A model generated the notes under the pieces. It was not told the origin of the DNA, did no database searches, and saw only the letters and a program-made list of their open reading frames with translations. The translations under genes were made by a program, and so were the position numbers. This document shows positions 9,202 to 17,817 of a stretch of DNA of 64,000 bases, piece by piece. This DNA comes from Candidatus Omnitrophota bacterium (GTDB lineage Bacteria; Omnitrophota; Gorgyraeia; Gygaellales; Profunditerraquicolaceae), in the NCBI GenBank assembly GCA_026387435.1, contig JAPLLS010000035.1:1692-65691 (forward strand), in the 5' to 3' direction. Position 1 is the first letter of the stretch, and each line of letters begins with the position of its first letter.

Positions 9202-9543
9202 TTATTGGGGTGCTAAAGTAGTATCCACAGCACCGCTTTTTTTCCTGGATTCCTCACTGATCCCGTTGTTGTTAAGTCCGCCGTTATTTGCCCAAACAGC
9301 CTGCTTTGTTGAAGAACTGGTCATGTCCGCTTCGGATTGGACATAATACGGTTCATACTGGGCGCCGTCAAAAGTTAAAACTTGGCCCCCGACATCCGAG
9401 CCAGTGCCGGTATGGTCAACGGCATTTCTCACTCTTCCCTGAAGACCTCTTTTAACGTAAGTCTGCATAGCTGCAGCTGCTCCGACAACCAAAGCAAGCA
9501 GTATCGCGTACTCCAAAATATTCTGCCCTTTGCGATTAAACAT
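9202..9543 (-). CDS. Flp-like pilin 7 (start corrected to MFNRKG)
   Basis: RBS GGGAGGTG before ATG 9543; KG|QNILEY ... MQTYVKRG ... QYEPYY. Confidence 0.88.
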   Translation of the reverse strand: MFNRKGQNILEYAILLALVVGAAAAMQTYVKRGLQGRVRNAVDHTGTGSDVGGQVLTFDGAQYEPYYVQSEADMTSSSTKQAVWANNGGLNNNGISEESRKKSGAVDTTLAPQ

Positions 9544-9586
9544 CTTTTCACCTCCCATTATTAGTTTTGCATTATTTTTACTAAAC

Positions 9587-9763
9587 TTATCCCCCCGCTC
9601 CCGGTAATCTGCCGGTGGCGTCAGAAACAGAACTAGCCGCATCGCTTACCCCAGTGTCCACTGCCGGTTTCAGATACTGGTTTGCCCCGTAGGCAATTGC
9701 CGCTACAACTACCGTCAGGACGATTACGTATTCCAAGATACTCTGTCCCCTTTTATTACGCAT
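9587..9763 (-). CDS. Flp pilin 6 (58 aa, not in ORF track), candidate major pilin
   Basis: MRNKRG|QSILEYVIVLTVVVAAIAYGANQYLKPAVDTGVSDAASSVSDATGRLPGAGG; RBS AGGGAGGT. Confidence 0.88.
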   Translation of the reverse strand: MRNKRGQSILEYVIVLTVVVAAIAYGANQYLKPAVDTGVSDAASSVSDATGRLPGAGG

Positions 9764-9802
9764 CTTTTACCTCCCTTTCTTCTGTTTACTGTTTTAGATA
9801 AA

Positions 9803-9946
9803 TTACGGACCCTCGTTCACTCTATCTTGAATGAGCTTGAAATTGGCCTTGACCGCCCGATTGCCGTAGAGATACATCGCCGAAAAAGCCATGGCTACTA
9901 CCGCGATCAACAGCGCATATTCAATTACGCTCTGAGCTTTTTTCAT
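9803..9946 (-). CDS. Flp pilin 5 (47 aa, not in ORF track)
   Basis: MKKA|QSVIEYALLIAVVAMAFSAMYLYGNRAVKANFKLIQDRVNEGP; RBS AGGAG. Confidence 0.87.
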   Translation of the reverse strand: MKKAQSVIEYALLIAVVAMAFSAMYLYGNRAVKANFKLIQDRVNEGP

Positions 9947-9963
9947 ATACACTCCTGTGTTAC

Positions 9964-10377
9964 TCAGGCACTTGCCGCGTTTATCTCTGCCTGAATAATT
10001 CCCACTACTGCCCGCTGCGCATCTGTTAATGTCCCGTTTATCTCTATTGCCTTGTTCCCGGGATCATAGTTGCTTCTGCCGCTTATCAGTATTCCCGCGG
10101 CCACCAATCGCCTGATCTGCGACGGAGTCAAATAAACACTCGTCGGAATAGTTACCTGCGCATCATAACCGGGGACGATCGGGTCGTTAGGATCGACAAC
10201 GGGAACCGAGATCGGTTTTATGCTCGGGGTCAAGCCAAACGAATTGCCGATAGAAGCCGCAGCAAGATTCCTGCCCGTTTGTATTTTGGTCCCCATGCCG
10301 CTTGAGGCCAACAGAATCGCGGCAACGATCGCTGTAAGTATGATTAAATATTCTAAGATACTCTGGCCTTTTTTCAT
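9964..10377 (-). CDS. Flp-like pilin 4 (137 aa)
   Basis: MKKG|QSILEYLIILTAIVAAILLA. Confidence 0.87.
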   Translation of the reverse strand: MKKGQSILEYLIILTAIVAAILLASSGMGTKIQTGRNLAAASIGNSFGLTPSIKPISVPVVDPNDPIVPGYDAQVTIPTSVYLTPSQIRRLVAAGILISGRSNYDPGNKAIEINGTLTDAQRAVVGIIQAEINAASA

Positions 10378-10379
10378 CG

Positions 10380-10553
10380 CTAATTCCCCGTGCTTATACT
10401 CGGATCCGCATCCAGTAAACCGTTTATTGACCCTACGGCCGCTTGCGTTCCCTGTTGGACCTTGCTTCCAAAATTGCTTGACGCCGCCATGATCGCGGCA
10501 ATTATCACGGTAATGGTGATCACGTATTCCAGCGTGCTCTGAGCTTTTTTCAT
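10380..10553 (-). CDS. Flp pilin 3 (57 aa, not in ORF track)
   Basis: MKKA|QSTLEYVITITVIIAAIMAASSNFGSKVQQGTQAAVGSINGLLDADPSISTGN; RBS GGAGG. Confidence 0.87.
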   Translation of the reverse strand: MKKAQSTLEYVITITVIIAAIMAASSNFGSKVQQGTQAAVGSINGLLDADPSISTGN

Positions 10554-10555
10554 CT

Positions 10556-10735
10556 CTATGATCCTCCGCCCGAGGCTACGCCCAGCGAGTTCACTATCGA
10601 ATCCGCGGCTTTATCCATCCCGCCTTGTATGCTGCTGTGCATATAGCCCGAAGCTGCCATAATCGCGGCAACGATTACGGTAAGGACGATCACATATTCC
10701 AGTATGCTCTGGCCTTTTTTAATTTTAATCATCAT
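10556..10735 (-). CDS. Flp pilin 2 (59 aa, not in ORF track)
   Basis: MMIKIKKG|QSILEYVIVLTVIVAAIMAASGYMHSSIQGGMDKAADSIVNSLGVASGGGS. Confidence 0.87.
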   Translation of the reverse strand: MMIKIKKGQSILEYVIVLTVIVAAIMAASGYMHSSIQGGMDKAADSIVNSLGVASGGGS

Positions 10736-10745
10736 ATGCCCTTCC

Positions 10746-10916
10746 TTATTTGACTATATTTGCGACCGCCTGAATAAAAGTATTGTTGGCGGCATTTTTA
10801 ATATCGACAAAATTATTATTATGTATAAAGCCTAAAGCAATCGCTACCACTATAATGGTAAGAATGAAGTATTCGAATATTGACTGTCCTCTTTCATTAT
10901 AAGTTTTGTCGGACAT
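10746..10916 (-). CDS. Flp pilin 1 (56 aa, not in ORF track)
   Basis: MSDKTYNERG|QSIFEYFILTIIVVAIALGFIHNNNFVDIKNAANNTFIQAVANIVK. Confidence 0.85.
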   Translation of the reverse strand: MSDKTYNERGQSIFEYFILTIIVVAIALGFIHNNNFVDIKNAANNTFIQAVANIVK

Positions 10917-10928
10917 CGCGCCCTCTCT

Positions 10929-10967
10929 AAAAAAAGGAACTGGTTACCAAATAACGGTAGCCAGTTC
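10929..10967 (-). terminator. Intrinsic terminator in the leader of the pilin array (attenuator)
   Basis: Minus strand GAACTGGCTACC-GTTATTT-GGTAACCAGTTC then C and T7, about 12 nt before the first pilin ATG. Confidence 0.75.
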
Positions 10968-11056
10968 TTAGAGTAAACCCATTCAACGATTTTTGGCCGT
11001 GGCTACCATCTCCAAAATCGTACTTTTTATAAAATTACTTTCCTTTAGTCACTAGA

Positions 11057-11085
11057 AATATAACACACCATTGAGCCTTTGTCAA
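11057..11085 (-). promoter_or_regulatory. Sigma70-type promoter for the pilin array
   Basis: TTGACA-17 nt-TATATT with upstream TG; both hexamers identical to the giant-gene promoter. Confidence 0.75.
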
Positions 11086-11194
11086 TCCGCGCAGGCCTTA
11101 AAAAGAAACCGTTTTCTTATTCAAAACCCCTGGTAATTGCAAAGAATGCGAGTTTCTAAGCATTTAACATGAAGATATTCCGGCGGGAAGAAGA

Positions 11195-11235
11195 AAAAAA
11201 ATACACTTTTTTGAGCCGGAAAAAGTGTATTTTTT
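11195..11235. terminator. AT-rich inverted repeat, probable terminator of the HTH gene
   Basis: AAAAAATACACTTTTT ... AAAAAGTGTATTTTTT. Confidence 0.55.
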
Positions 11236-11269
11236 CAAAACGCATTTTAGCTAAATTTACAAGAAAGGT

Positions 11270-12325
11270 CTATTGATAGGCAGCCAAAGTTTCTTCAAAT
11301 TTGAATAATTGGCCTTCGGGAGTAAAAACTCTTTCCTTATTAATACTGCTGACCGCGAACTTAAAATCGTCCTGCCAGACAATATCGCAGATAGCGTTGA
11401 AACTGAGGGGATAAAGAAATTGCACATTAATCATTGAATCCTTTCTTTCAATTTTGGCGGCAAGGCTATAAAAACGATCGCGCATTGCCGAAAGATCCAG
11501 GAATTGGTACACTGAAGGGAAAAAGGACTGTTGCGCTTTCTTATTCAGGCATATGAGGATTTTTTGATATAAGTCATTGATTTCATTGATGTTCTGCGGT
11601 AAACCCAAGCTGATAAGATCCGCGTTTAGCTGATTAAAGGGCAATTTGGCTAACCGCTCATAAACGGAATCAAAATCTTTAATAGCCGGCTCTTTCCCCA
11701 ACATTCTCAAGATATTGGCTTCATCTTTAAGAAGTGGCTTATAAACTTTCAATTGTATCAGGACCCGAAGGGCATCTTCGCTAAGACCAGGCAGACAAAT
11801 TGAGATTTTTTGGGCCAGAAGTCCGGTCAAACCGAATTTATAGTCAACCATTAAGAGAAATATTGCCCCCCCGCTTTCTATGAGCACGCTTGGTTCGGAC
11901 GTCGACCTAAATTCAATTGATTTAATGCCTTCTGGCTCCAGGGCAATTTCTCTCTTTTCAAATTCCGGATTCGCCCGAGCAGGCGAATAAAAATCCGCGG
12001 CTTCGAAAACCGGCTCTTCCTTTGGGCTGACCCAGTTATCAGCTGATTTTTCCTGGGCTGCCGGTTCTTTGATTATGACCAGCGAAGGAACCTCCTGTCT
12101 CGGCAAAGGGGACAAAGCTGTTTTTTGCCTTATTCCTGGCCTTCCGATCCGATTGCTTAAACTATTTGCTTTAATTATCTTGTTTATTGAAGATTTAGAT
12201 ATTTCTACTTTAAATTCTTCTTTTATTAAGGAAACTAACTTGCGGCAGGAAAACTTGGGATTTTCCCTTTTTTTGCTCAAAATAAACTCTTCTATTTCGC
12301 TTTTTAATTTATACGGTTGGGTCAT
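11270..12325 (-). CDS. Hypothetical protein with an N-terminal transposase-type HTH DNA-binding domain
   Basis: EEFILSKKRENPKFSCRKLVSLIKEEFKVEISKSSINKIIK; remainder not recognised. Confidence 0.6.
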   Translation of the reverse strand: MTQPYKLKSEIEEFILSKKRENPKFSCRKLVSLIKEEFKVEISKSSINKIIKANSLSNRIGRPGIRQKTALSPLPRQEVPSLVIIKEPAAQEKSADNWVSPKEEPVFEAADFYSPARANPEFEKREIALEPEGIKSIEFRSTSEPSVLIESGGAIFLLMVDYKFGLTGLLAQKISICLPGLSEDALRVLIQLKVYKPLLKDEANILRMLGKEPAIKDFDSVYERLAKLPFNQLNADLISLGLPQNINEINDLYQKILICLNKKAQQSFFPSVYQFLDLSAMRDRFYSLAAKIERKDSMINVQFLYPLSFNAICDIVWQDDFKFAVSSINKERVFTPEGQLFKFEETLAAYQ

Positions 12326-12330
12326 GTTCT

Positions 12331-12398
12331 AATTTGGACATTTATTTCAGGTTTTGGACATTATTTATTTTAACTATACCATACTTCTGGACATTTAT
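12331..12398. promoter_or_regulatory. Three direct TGGACATT repeats (putative operator)
   Basis: TGGACA at 12335, 12355 and 12388, each followed by TT(T)AT. Confidence 0.55.
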
Positions 12399-12433
12399 CA
12401 ATATTAATAATAAAAGGGAGGGGAATAGCAGGC

Positions 12434-12778
12434 TTATTCTATAATTATAATTTCATCTTTTATTTGAGTTTTACTGGCTTGAATTGCCCCTTCGGGTAAT
12501 TCAATAGTAGTAATTGCCTTAAAGTAGATCGGGCTTACCCGAAACGGCTTGAACCCGGGAGTTAGGGCGATTACCTGCCTATTGCGGTCCAGGAATATGG
12601 CGTCAAAAGTAAAGCGCATGAAAAAAGAGTGGATGGAATTGGAAGGAGTAATAATTAGGCCTTCGCTTGGCTTAAGGCTGGGGCGATTCAATAGCCCGAC
12701 TAATCTCGAAAAGAATGTATCGGCGGTCTTGGCTTTATCCGCAAGAACCGTGTTGCGGGAACGGTTAATTATCCTCAT
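12434..12778 (-). CDS. DUF192 family protein
   Basis: ADTFFSRLVGLL, SIHSFFMRFTFDAIFLD, IELPEG. Confidence 0.88.
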   Translation of the reverse strand: MRIINRSRNTVLADKAKTADTFFSRLVGLLNRPSLKPSEGLIITPSNSIHSFFMRFTFDAIFLDRNRQVIALTPGFKPFRVSPIYFKAITTIELPEGAIQASKTQIKDEIIIIE

Positions 12779-14958
12779 TATTTAGGTTTAAAGATATCTT
12801 CGGAAATAGAAATACCGCGTCTTTTGATCTCGTCAAAGAAGGTGGGAAGGTTTCCAGTAGGGGTAAAGTAGCCTTCGACTTTGCCCAGCTCGCCTACTCC
12901 GGTTTGCTTGAAGTCGAATAAATCCTGCATTCCAATATGCAGTTCATCGGTCATGCCGGTCAATTCGCTTATCTGGACGACTTTCCTGGAGCCGTCAGAA
13001 AGCCGGGCAGTATGCACGATCAAATCTATGGCCGAAGCGATCATTTCGCGGATAGCGCGCAAAGGTATTTCTATCCCGCCCATCAAGATCAAAGAGTCAA
13101 GCCTGGCCAGAACGTCCTGGGTGGAATTGGCGTGCAGGGTGGTCATTGAGCCGTCATGGCCGGTATTCATAGCCTGAAGCATGTCCAGGGCTTCCAGGCC
13201 GCGGCACTCTCCGATGATTATCCGGTCCGGGCGCATACGCATGGAGTTGCGGAACAAATCGCGCACGGTTATAGCGCCCTTACCTTCTATATTTTGCGGC
13301 CGGGACTCCAGCCTTACCCAGTGCTGATGATGAAGTTTTAATTCCGCGGCGTCTTCGATAGTGAGGATCCTTTCTCCGTCGGGGATAAATTCGGAAAGGA
13401 TGTTCAAGACCGTGGTTTTACCTGAGCCGGTTCCTCCAGAAACGATGATATTCTTGCGGGATATAACACAGATTCTTATAAATTCACCCATCACTTCATT
13501 AAGAGAATTGATGCGGCACAGGTCTGTTACAGTCATCCGTTCCTGGGGGAACTTACGGATAGTCAAAGTCGGGCCGGTCAGCGCCAAAGGCGGGATTATG
13601 GCGTTAACGCGGGAACCGTCGATTAATCTTCCGTCGACCATGGGCACGGATTCGTCTATCCTTCTGCCCAAAGGCGCAATGATCCTCTCGATTATCTGCC
13701 GGACTTGCCCGTTAGAAACGAACTTCTTGGCAGTCAGTTCCAATTTACCGTTTTTCTCCACATATATCTGGTTTTTATTGTTGACCATGATGTCGGTCAC
13801 CAGCGGATCGGCAACCAGATCCTCAAGCGGGCCGAGGCCGACGGCTTCATCGATCATTTCTTTAATAAACTGCTGCCGTTCGGTAAATGAAGGGACAAAA
13901 CTTTCCGTCTCTTCAGCCAGGGAATTGGATATCGATTTTTTGACCTTTTCTTTCAACTCCCGCAATTTCTTCGGGTCGCCGAGCACTACTTCCAGGCGGT
14001 GCAAATCCAGATCCTGGATGATCTTCAAGTGTATGCGCTGTTTCAACTGGTTGAGCTTGTCTTCTTTGGTTAACTGCTTGGGCTGGAGATTTTCCCGGGA
14101 GGAAAGGCTTAACCCTCCCTTGGTCTCGCTTTCCAGAGCCACTTCAAGGCTCTCGTCGGAAAGAGTCTCGATAATAGCGCCCTCAAGCTTCTTATGAACG
14201 GTAAAAAGCTCCTGGTCGGTAAGCAGATCGTCCGCAAGCTTATCGATCGCCAGCGAAGCCTTGGCCCGGGGATTATCCAGTACCAGCGGGTTTCTTCTGT
14301 TTAAAGCCAGGCATACGGCTTTGCCGTCGGAAGGGATGCGCGCAATTATCTCGCCGGGAATGGCGGATTTGACTTCCAGAAAAGATACGCCCCCCAGACT
14401 CTCTGCGCGGTTCAAAACTACTTTCATCATCCGCAAAGGGAAAGCAAAAGACTGCATGATATCTATGGCCTCTTTTACCTGCCCTACAGAAAGCACATCG
14501 GGATTGACGACAAATAAGATCAGGTTGGATTTCCCAAGGGTGGTAAGCAGGACTTTGGTAAAAACGCCGCCGCCTTCGATTACGATATAATCGTAAATTT
14601 TATCCAGCTGGTCGCATAGCGAGGCGATAAATTTCTCTTTTATTACCCCCCGCTGCCGGATATTCAGGGTTATTGGAAGGAAGTCCAGGCCGCTGAAGTT
14701 ATGGTGCAGGATATATTCCTGGATTTGAGTTAAATTGAACTGATCGTTGGTTTCCCATTCCGGGACAATATCGGCCAGGCTATGGACCGGTTTTAAATCC
14801 ATCAGCTTTGCGATATCTCCGGGGAGTTGCAAATCCAGGTCGACCAGAAGAACTTTGCCGTTGCCTATTTTGCGGGCGAGGCTGGTAGCGATATTAACGG
14901 CCAGGAAGGTTCTTCCTACTCCCCCTTTAGGGCTGAAAATGGCTATTGTTTTGGCCAT
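12778..14958 (-). CDS. cpaF: Fused CpaE/TadZ (MinD/ParA-like) and CpaF/TadA pilus ATPase
   Basis: N-terminal SPKGGVGRT and LLVDLD; C-terminal [39 protein letters not shown]. Confidence 0.92.
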   Translation of the reverse strand: MAKTIAIFSPKGGVGRTFLAVNIATSLARKIGNGKVLLVDLDLQLPGDIAKLMDLKPVHSLADIVPEWETNDQFNLTQIQEYILHHNFSGLDFLPITLNIRQRGVIKEKFIASLCDQLDKIYDYIVIEGGGVFTKVLLTTLGKSNLILFVVNPDVLSVGQVKEAIDIMQSFAFPLRMMKVVLNRAESLGGVSFLEVKSAIPGEIIARIPSDGKAVCLALNRRNPLVLDNPRAKASLAIDKLADDLLTDQELFTVHKKLEGAIIETLSDESLEVALESETKGGLSLSSRENLQPKQLTKEDKLNQLKQRIHLKIIQDLDLHRLEVVLGDPKKLRELKEKVKKSISNSLAEETESFVPSFTERQQFIKEMIDEAVGLGPLEDLVADPLVTDIMVNNKNQIYVEKNGKLELTAKKFVSNGQVRQIIERIIAPLGRRIDESVPMVDGRLIDGSRVNAIIPPLALTGPTLTIRKFPQERMTVTDLCRINSLNEVMGEFIRICVISRKNIIVSGGTGSGKTTVLNILSEFIPDGERILTIEDAAELKLHHQHWVRLESRPQNIEGKGAITVRDLFRNSMRMRPDRIIIGECRGLEALDMLQAMNTGHDGSMTTLHANSTQDVLARLDSLILMGGIEIPLRAIREMIASAIDLIVHTARLSDGSRKVVQISELTGMTDELHIGMQDLFDFKQTGVGELGKVEGYFTPTGNLPTFFDEIKRRGISISEDIFKPK

Positions 14959-14959
14959 A

Positions 14960-16864
14960 TTATCTTTTTTGTTCTAGATTATACACGATAGGAATTTGCA
15001 CCCAGAGATCCTGCTCGCTTATATCCCGCGGGAAAGACGGGTAAGGAGCAATCCGCCTGGCAATGCTCATAGTATTCTCGTCAAGCACGCTATAACCCGA
15101 TGAATCGCTGATATTAGAATCAAGCAAATCCCCGGCTTTGGCCAGGTGCAGATTTAAAACAACTGTCCCTTGCAGCTCAGCCTGCTTGGCTGCCCAGGGA
15201 TAGAAAATATTATTGCTGAGGTATTCGCTGACTAGCTGGACGTATTCTTCGGCCGGTCCACCGAAAAGAACCTCCTGTTGCCCTTCGGCAAAAGGTTTTC
15301 TAGGGGAAACCGTTGCTCCTTTGTTTTGGACAGGGGCATTGCTCTTGGCAAGAACCGGCTGTTGTCTGCCGCCGGCAAAAGATTTTCCCTGCGAAACGAC
15401 CACTCCTCTATTTTGTTTATTGGCAGGGCCGGTTGCAGCAGCTCCTTGTTGCCCTCCGGCAAAGGGTTTTGTTTGTGAAACTACCACTCCCTTATTGTTT
15501 GCCGAAGAATATATCTTGGGAGCTATCGCTTCTTTACCCTCTTCCGGCCGGGAATCAGCTATTTTATCTCCACCGGGCTTAATTTGATTTTTTTTTTCCG
15601 CTTCCCGCTTTTCCGGGCCTTTATCCTCGACCACTGAGGGGGTAACCATGATGACTAACTCGGTGTCCCCCATCTCATCTTCTCCACCGCCCCTTATGGT
15701 AGTCCGGTGGCGGAAAAATACTCCCAAAATCGGGACTTCACCCAGCCAGGGGAACTTCTTCAGGTCTTCTTCGGTCTTTTGTTTGATCAAACCGCTGATC
15801 GCCAAAGTCTGGCCATTGTTAAGATAAAGCTGGGTAGAGGTTGAGCGTTTGCTTATAGGCCAGGCTTTGGCCGTTGGGGCAGTGACTAAGCCCAATACTT
15901 CCGCAGTCCCGACATCGCTGACTTCCACATTAAGCCCGAGCTTTATTTTTCCGTCGGAATTTAAAGAAGGAGACATTTTCAACTTGATCCCATACTCCTT
16001 ATACTCTACGGTATTGGAAGTGTTCGAACTACCGCTTACGCTTTGAGTGGTCATGACCGGCTTTTCCCCTCCGACCAAAAGCTCAGCTTCCTTGCCGCTC
16101 TGGCAAGACAATTTTGGCCGGGAAAGTATCTTAGCCTTGTTGTCTTTGACCATTAAATTCAAGGTCGCTTCCAATTGCTGATGCGTCCATTCACTCACTC
16201 TGAACAATGAGTTCGGAACATCGGCAAGCCTATCCCAACGCGGGGGCTCAGTAAGCAGCACAGACCCGCCGCTTAAAATCCAATCCATGCCCATTTGTTT
16301 AGTATAGCCTTTGTCTACCTCTATGATTTCGACTTCCAGTTCGATGATCGCTTTTTCTTCTTCGATCTGGATCAAATTGGTGGTCCTGGCAAAAAGGCCG
16401 CCCAGCGCGGTTTTGACCCGTTCCATGTCTTCCTTGGTTTTTACGCTGCCTAACAATAAAACTTTGCCTTCGCTGTCAGAGGGTTCGGTAGAAATCTGAG
16501 ACAAATTCAATTCCTTGAGCAGATCTTTAATCCGAGCATTGACATAAGCCATGGCTTCGGTAAGGACCTTTAAACTTGTATGGTGTTCGCCTTTTTCGTC
16601 CCACCAGATCAAGTTCGTAGATCCGGCCCCTTTGCCGACAACCACGATCTCTTTGGTGCTGACCGAAAGGATATCAGCTATCTCGGGCTTGCCGATGACC
16701 ACGCGAGTAGGAGTATTTACGCTGATCGACTTTAACTCGCCCTGATATAAAGTTTCTTCCGAGGAAGAAATTGCCGCCTTTTTTGTCTCCTGAGAAAAAA
16801 CAAGCTCCCTGCCCGGCAATAAAAACAGAGATAGAATTATTAAAAATGCCCGCGCTTTTCTCAT
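14960..16864 (-). CDS. cpaC: CpaC/RcpA secretin with a repeat linker and a C-terminal TonB_C domain
   Basis: Pilus-formation N domain, BON-like segment, secretin core (KFPWLGEVPILGVFFR, ELVIMVTP); C-terminal YPWAAKQAELQGTV ... SSGYSVLD ... APYPSFP ... VQIPIVY. Confidence 0.88.
   Translation of the reverse strand: MRKARAFLIILSLFLLPGRELVFSQETKKAAISSSEETLYQGELKSISVNTPTRVVIGKPEIADILSVSTKEIVVVGKGAGSTNLIWWDEKGEHHTSLKVLTEAMAYVNARIKDLLKELNLSQISTEPSDSEGKVLLLGSVKTKEDMERVKTALGGLFARTTNLIQIEEEKAIIELEVEIIEVDKGYTKQMGMDWILSGGSVLLTEPPRWDRLADVPNSLFRVSEWTHQQLEATLNLMVKDNKAKILSRPKLSCQSGKEAELLVGGEKPVMTTQSVSGSSNTSNTVEYKEYGIKLKMSPSLNSDGKIKLGLNVEVSDVGTAEVLGLVTAPTAKAWPISKRSTSTQLYLNNGQTLAISGLIKQKTEEDLKKFPWLGEVPILGVFFRHRTTIRGGGEDEMGDTELVIMVTPSVVEDKGPEKREAEKKNQIKPGGDKIADSRPEEGKEAIAPKIYSSANNKGVVVSQTKPFAGGQQGAAATGPANKQNRGVVVSQGKSFAGGRQQPVLAKSNAPVQNKGATVSPRKPFAEGQQEVLFGGPAEEYVQLVSEYLSNNIFYPWAAKQAELQGTVVLNLHLAKAGDLLDSNISDSSGYSVLDENTMSIARRIAPYPSFPRDISEQDLWVQIPIVYNLEQKR
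15275..15497 (-). repeat. Three imperfect peptide repeats in the secretin linker
   Basis: GVVVSQTKPFAGGQQ / GVVVSQGKSFAGGRQQ / GATVSPRKPFAEGQQ. Confidence 0.85.
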
Positions 16865-17814
16865 TTTTTCTTCCCTTCGGATATTAGAGGAATCACTTCT
16901 TTTTGCAGTCCGCGGTAGACTTCTACGGTAACCGGCATTTTCCCCTCTTCCCTGGCCTTGGGGTATAAATATTCGAATAGATTATCCCAGTTAACCGGGT
17001 CGACCTCGGTCTGGGACAGATCAGAATTGGAACGCGTAACCAGCTTGATCTTTCCCTGTTCCTGAATAAAAGAGGCTAAAGCCGCTTCTTGAGGAGTAAG
17101 CGACAAGGTAACTGCATTTGCCGCGGCACTTGTCCCTTTCCCTTTAGGCTGCTCGATGTGCGCTCCGCCCGTATCTGAACCGATGGCCAGCACCAGGACA
17201 TTTTGAAAAAGCGGCACAGTAACTGACTTTTTTTCCTGTTTTTCCGTCTGTCCTCTGGGAGTTCTATTGACAATAGCATCAATAGTAGACCCCGGCGGAG
17301 GGCTGATTATTGCCAAAGCGTCCACATAATCCCCCGGCTGCAGCAATCCCTGAAGGCTGGCGATATTATCGACCAGCACAGAAACCGCCCTTTTGCCGCG
17401 GGGGGTGATTTCCGAGATGATTTTGGGTTTTTCCGGCGGAGCCCCAAGCTTATTCCTGAGTATCTGCTCGCCTTCGAGGATCTGTGACTGGGCGTACACT
17501 CCGACGATGTTAATAGTTGAGGCTATCGCCCCTGGCTGGATATAATCTTCCGGGACTTCCCGGCTGGCAATATCTTCGGCCACGATCGGCACTCCGGGAG
17601 AAATGGTGCGCGCTGCCACCAGAATAGCAACTTTCTTAACCTGCCTGGCCAGCCTTTCAGCTTCCTCGCGCTTCTTGACCGCTTCTATCTCTGTTTTTAA
17701 CTTCAACTCTTTTTCCGCAATATACATGCGGGCCAACACCGCTGCCAGAATACCACAAGCAATAGCAATTACGATCAACAACTTCTTTTTAAATTCCGGA
17801 TTAGGCTGAAACAT
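16861..17814 (-). CDS. cpaB: Flp pilus assembly protein CpaB/RcpC
   Basis: SAF domain, GKRAVSV, GLLQPGDYVD, QNVLVLAIG, VTLSLTPQEA. Confidence 0.92.
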   Translation of the reverse strand: MFQPNPEFKKKLLIVIAIACGILAAVLARMYIAEKELKLKTEIEAVKKREEAERLARQVKKVAILVAARTISPGVPIVAEDIASREVPEDYIQPGAIASTINIVGVYAQSQILEGEQILRNKLGAPPEKPKIISEITPRGKRAVSVLVDNIASLQGLLQPGDYVDALAIISPPPGSTIDAIVNRTPRGQTEKQEKKSVTVPLFQNVLVLAIGSDTGGAHIEQPKGKGTSAAANAVTLSLTPQEAALASFIQEQGKIKLVTRSNSDLSQTEVDPVNWDNLFEYLYPKAREEGKMPVTVEVYRGLQKEVIPLISEGKKK

Positions 17815-17817
17815 AGG

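Noticed and set aside
9544-9642. N-terminal extension of ORF 9202-9642
   Set aside because: Overlaps pilin 9587-9763; the strong RBS and prepilin signal place the start at 9543.
11270-12325. Active IS transposase
   Set aside because: Only the HTH is recognisable; no DDE motif or target-site duplication identified.
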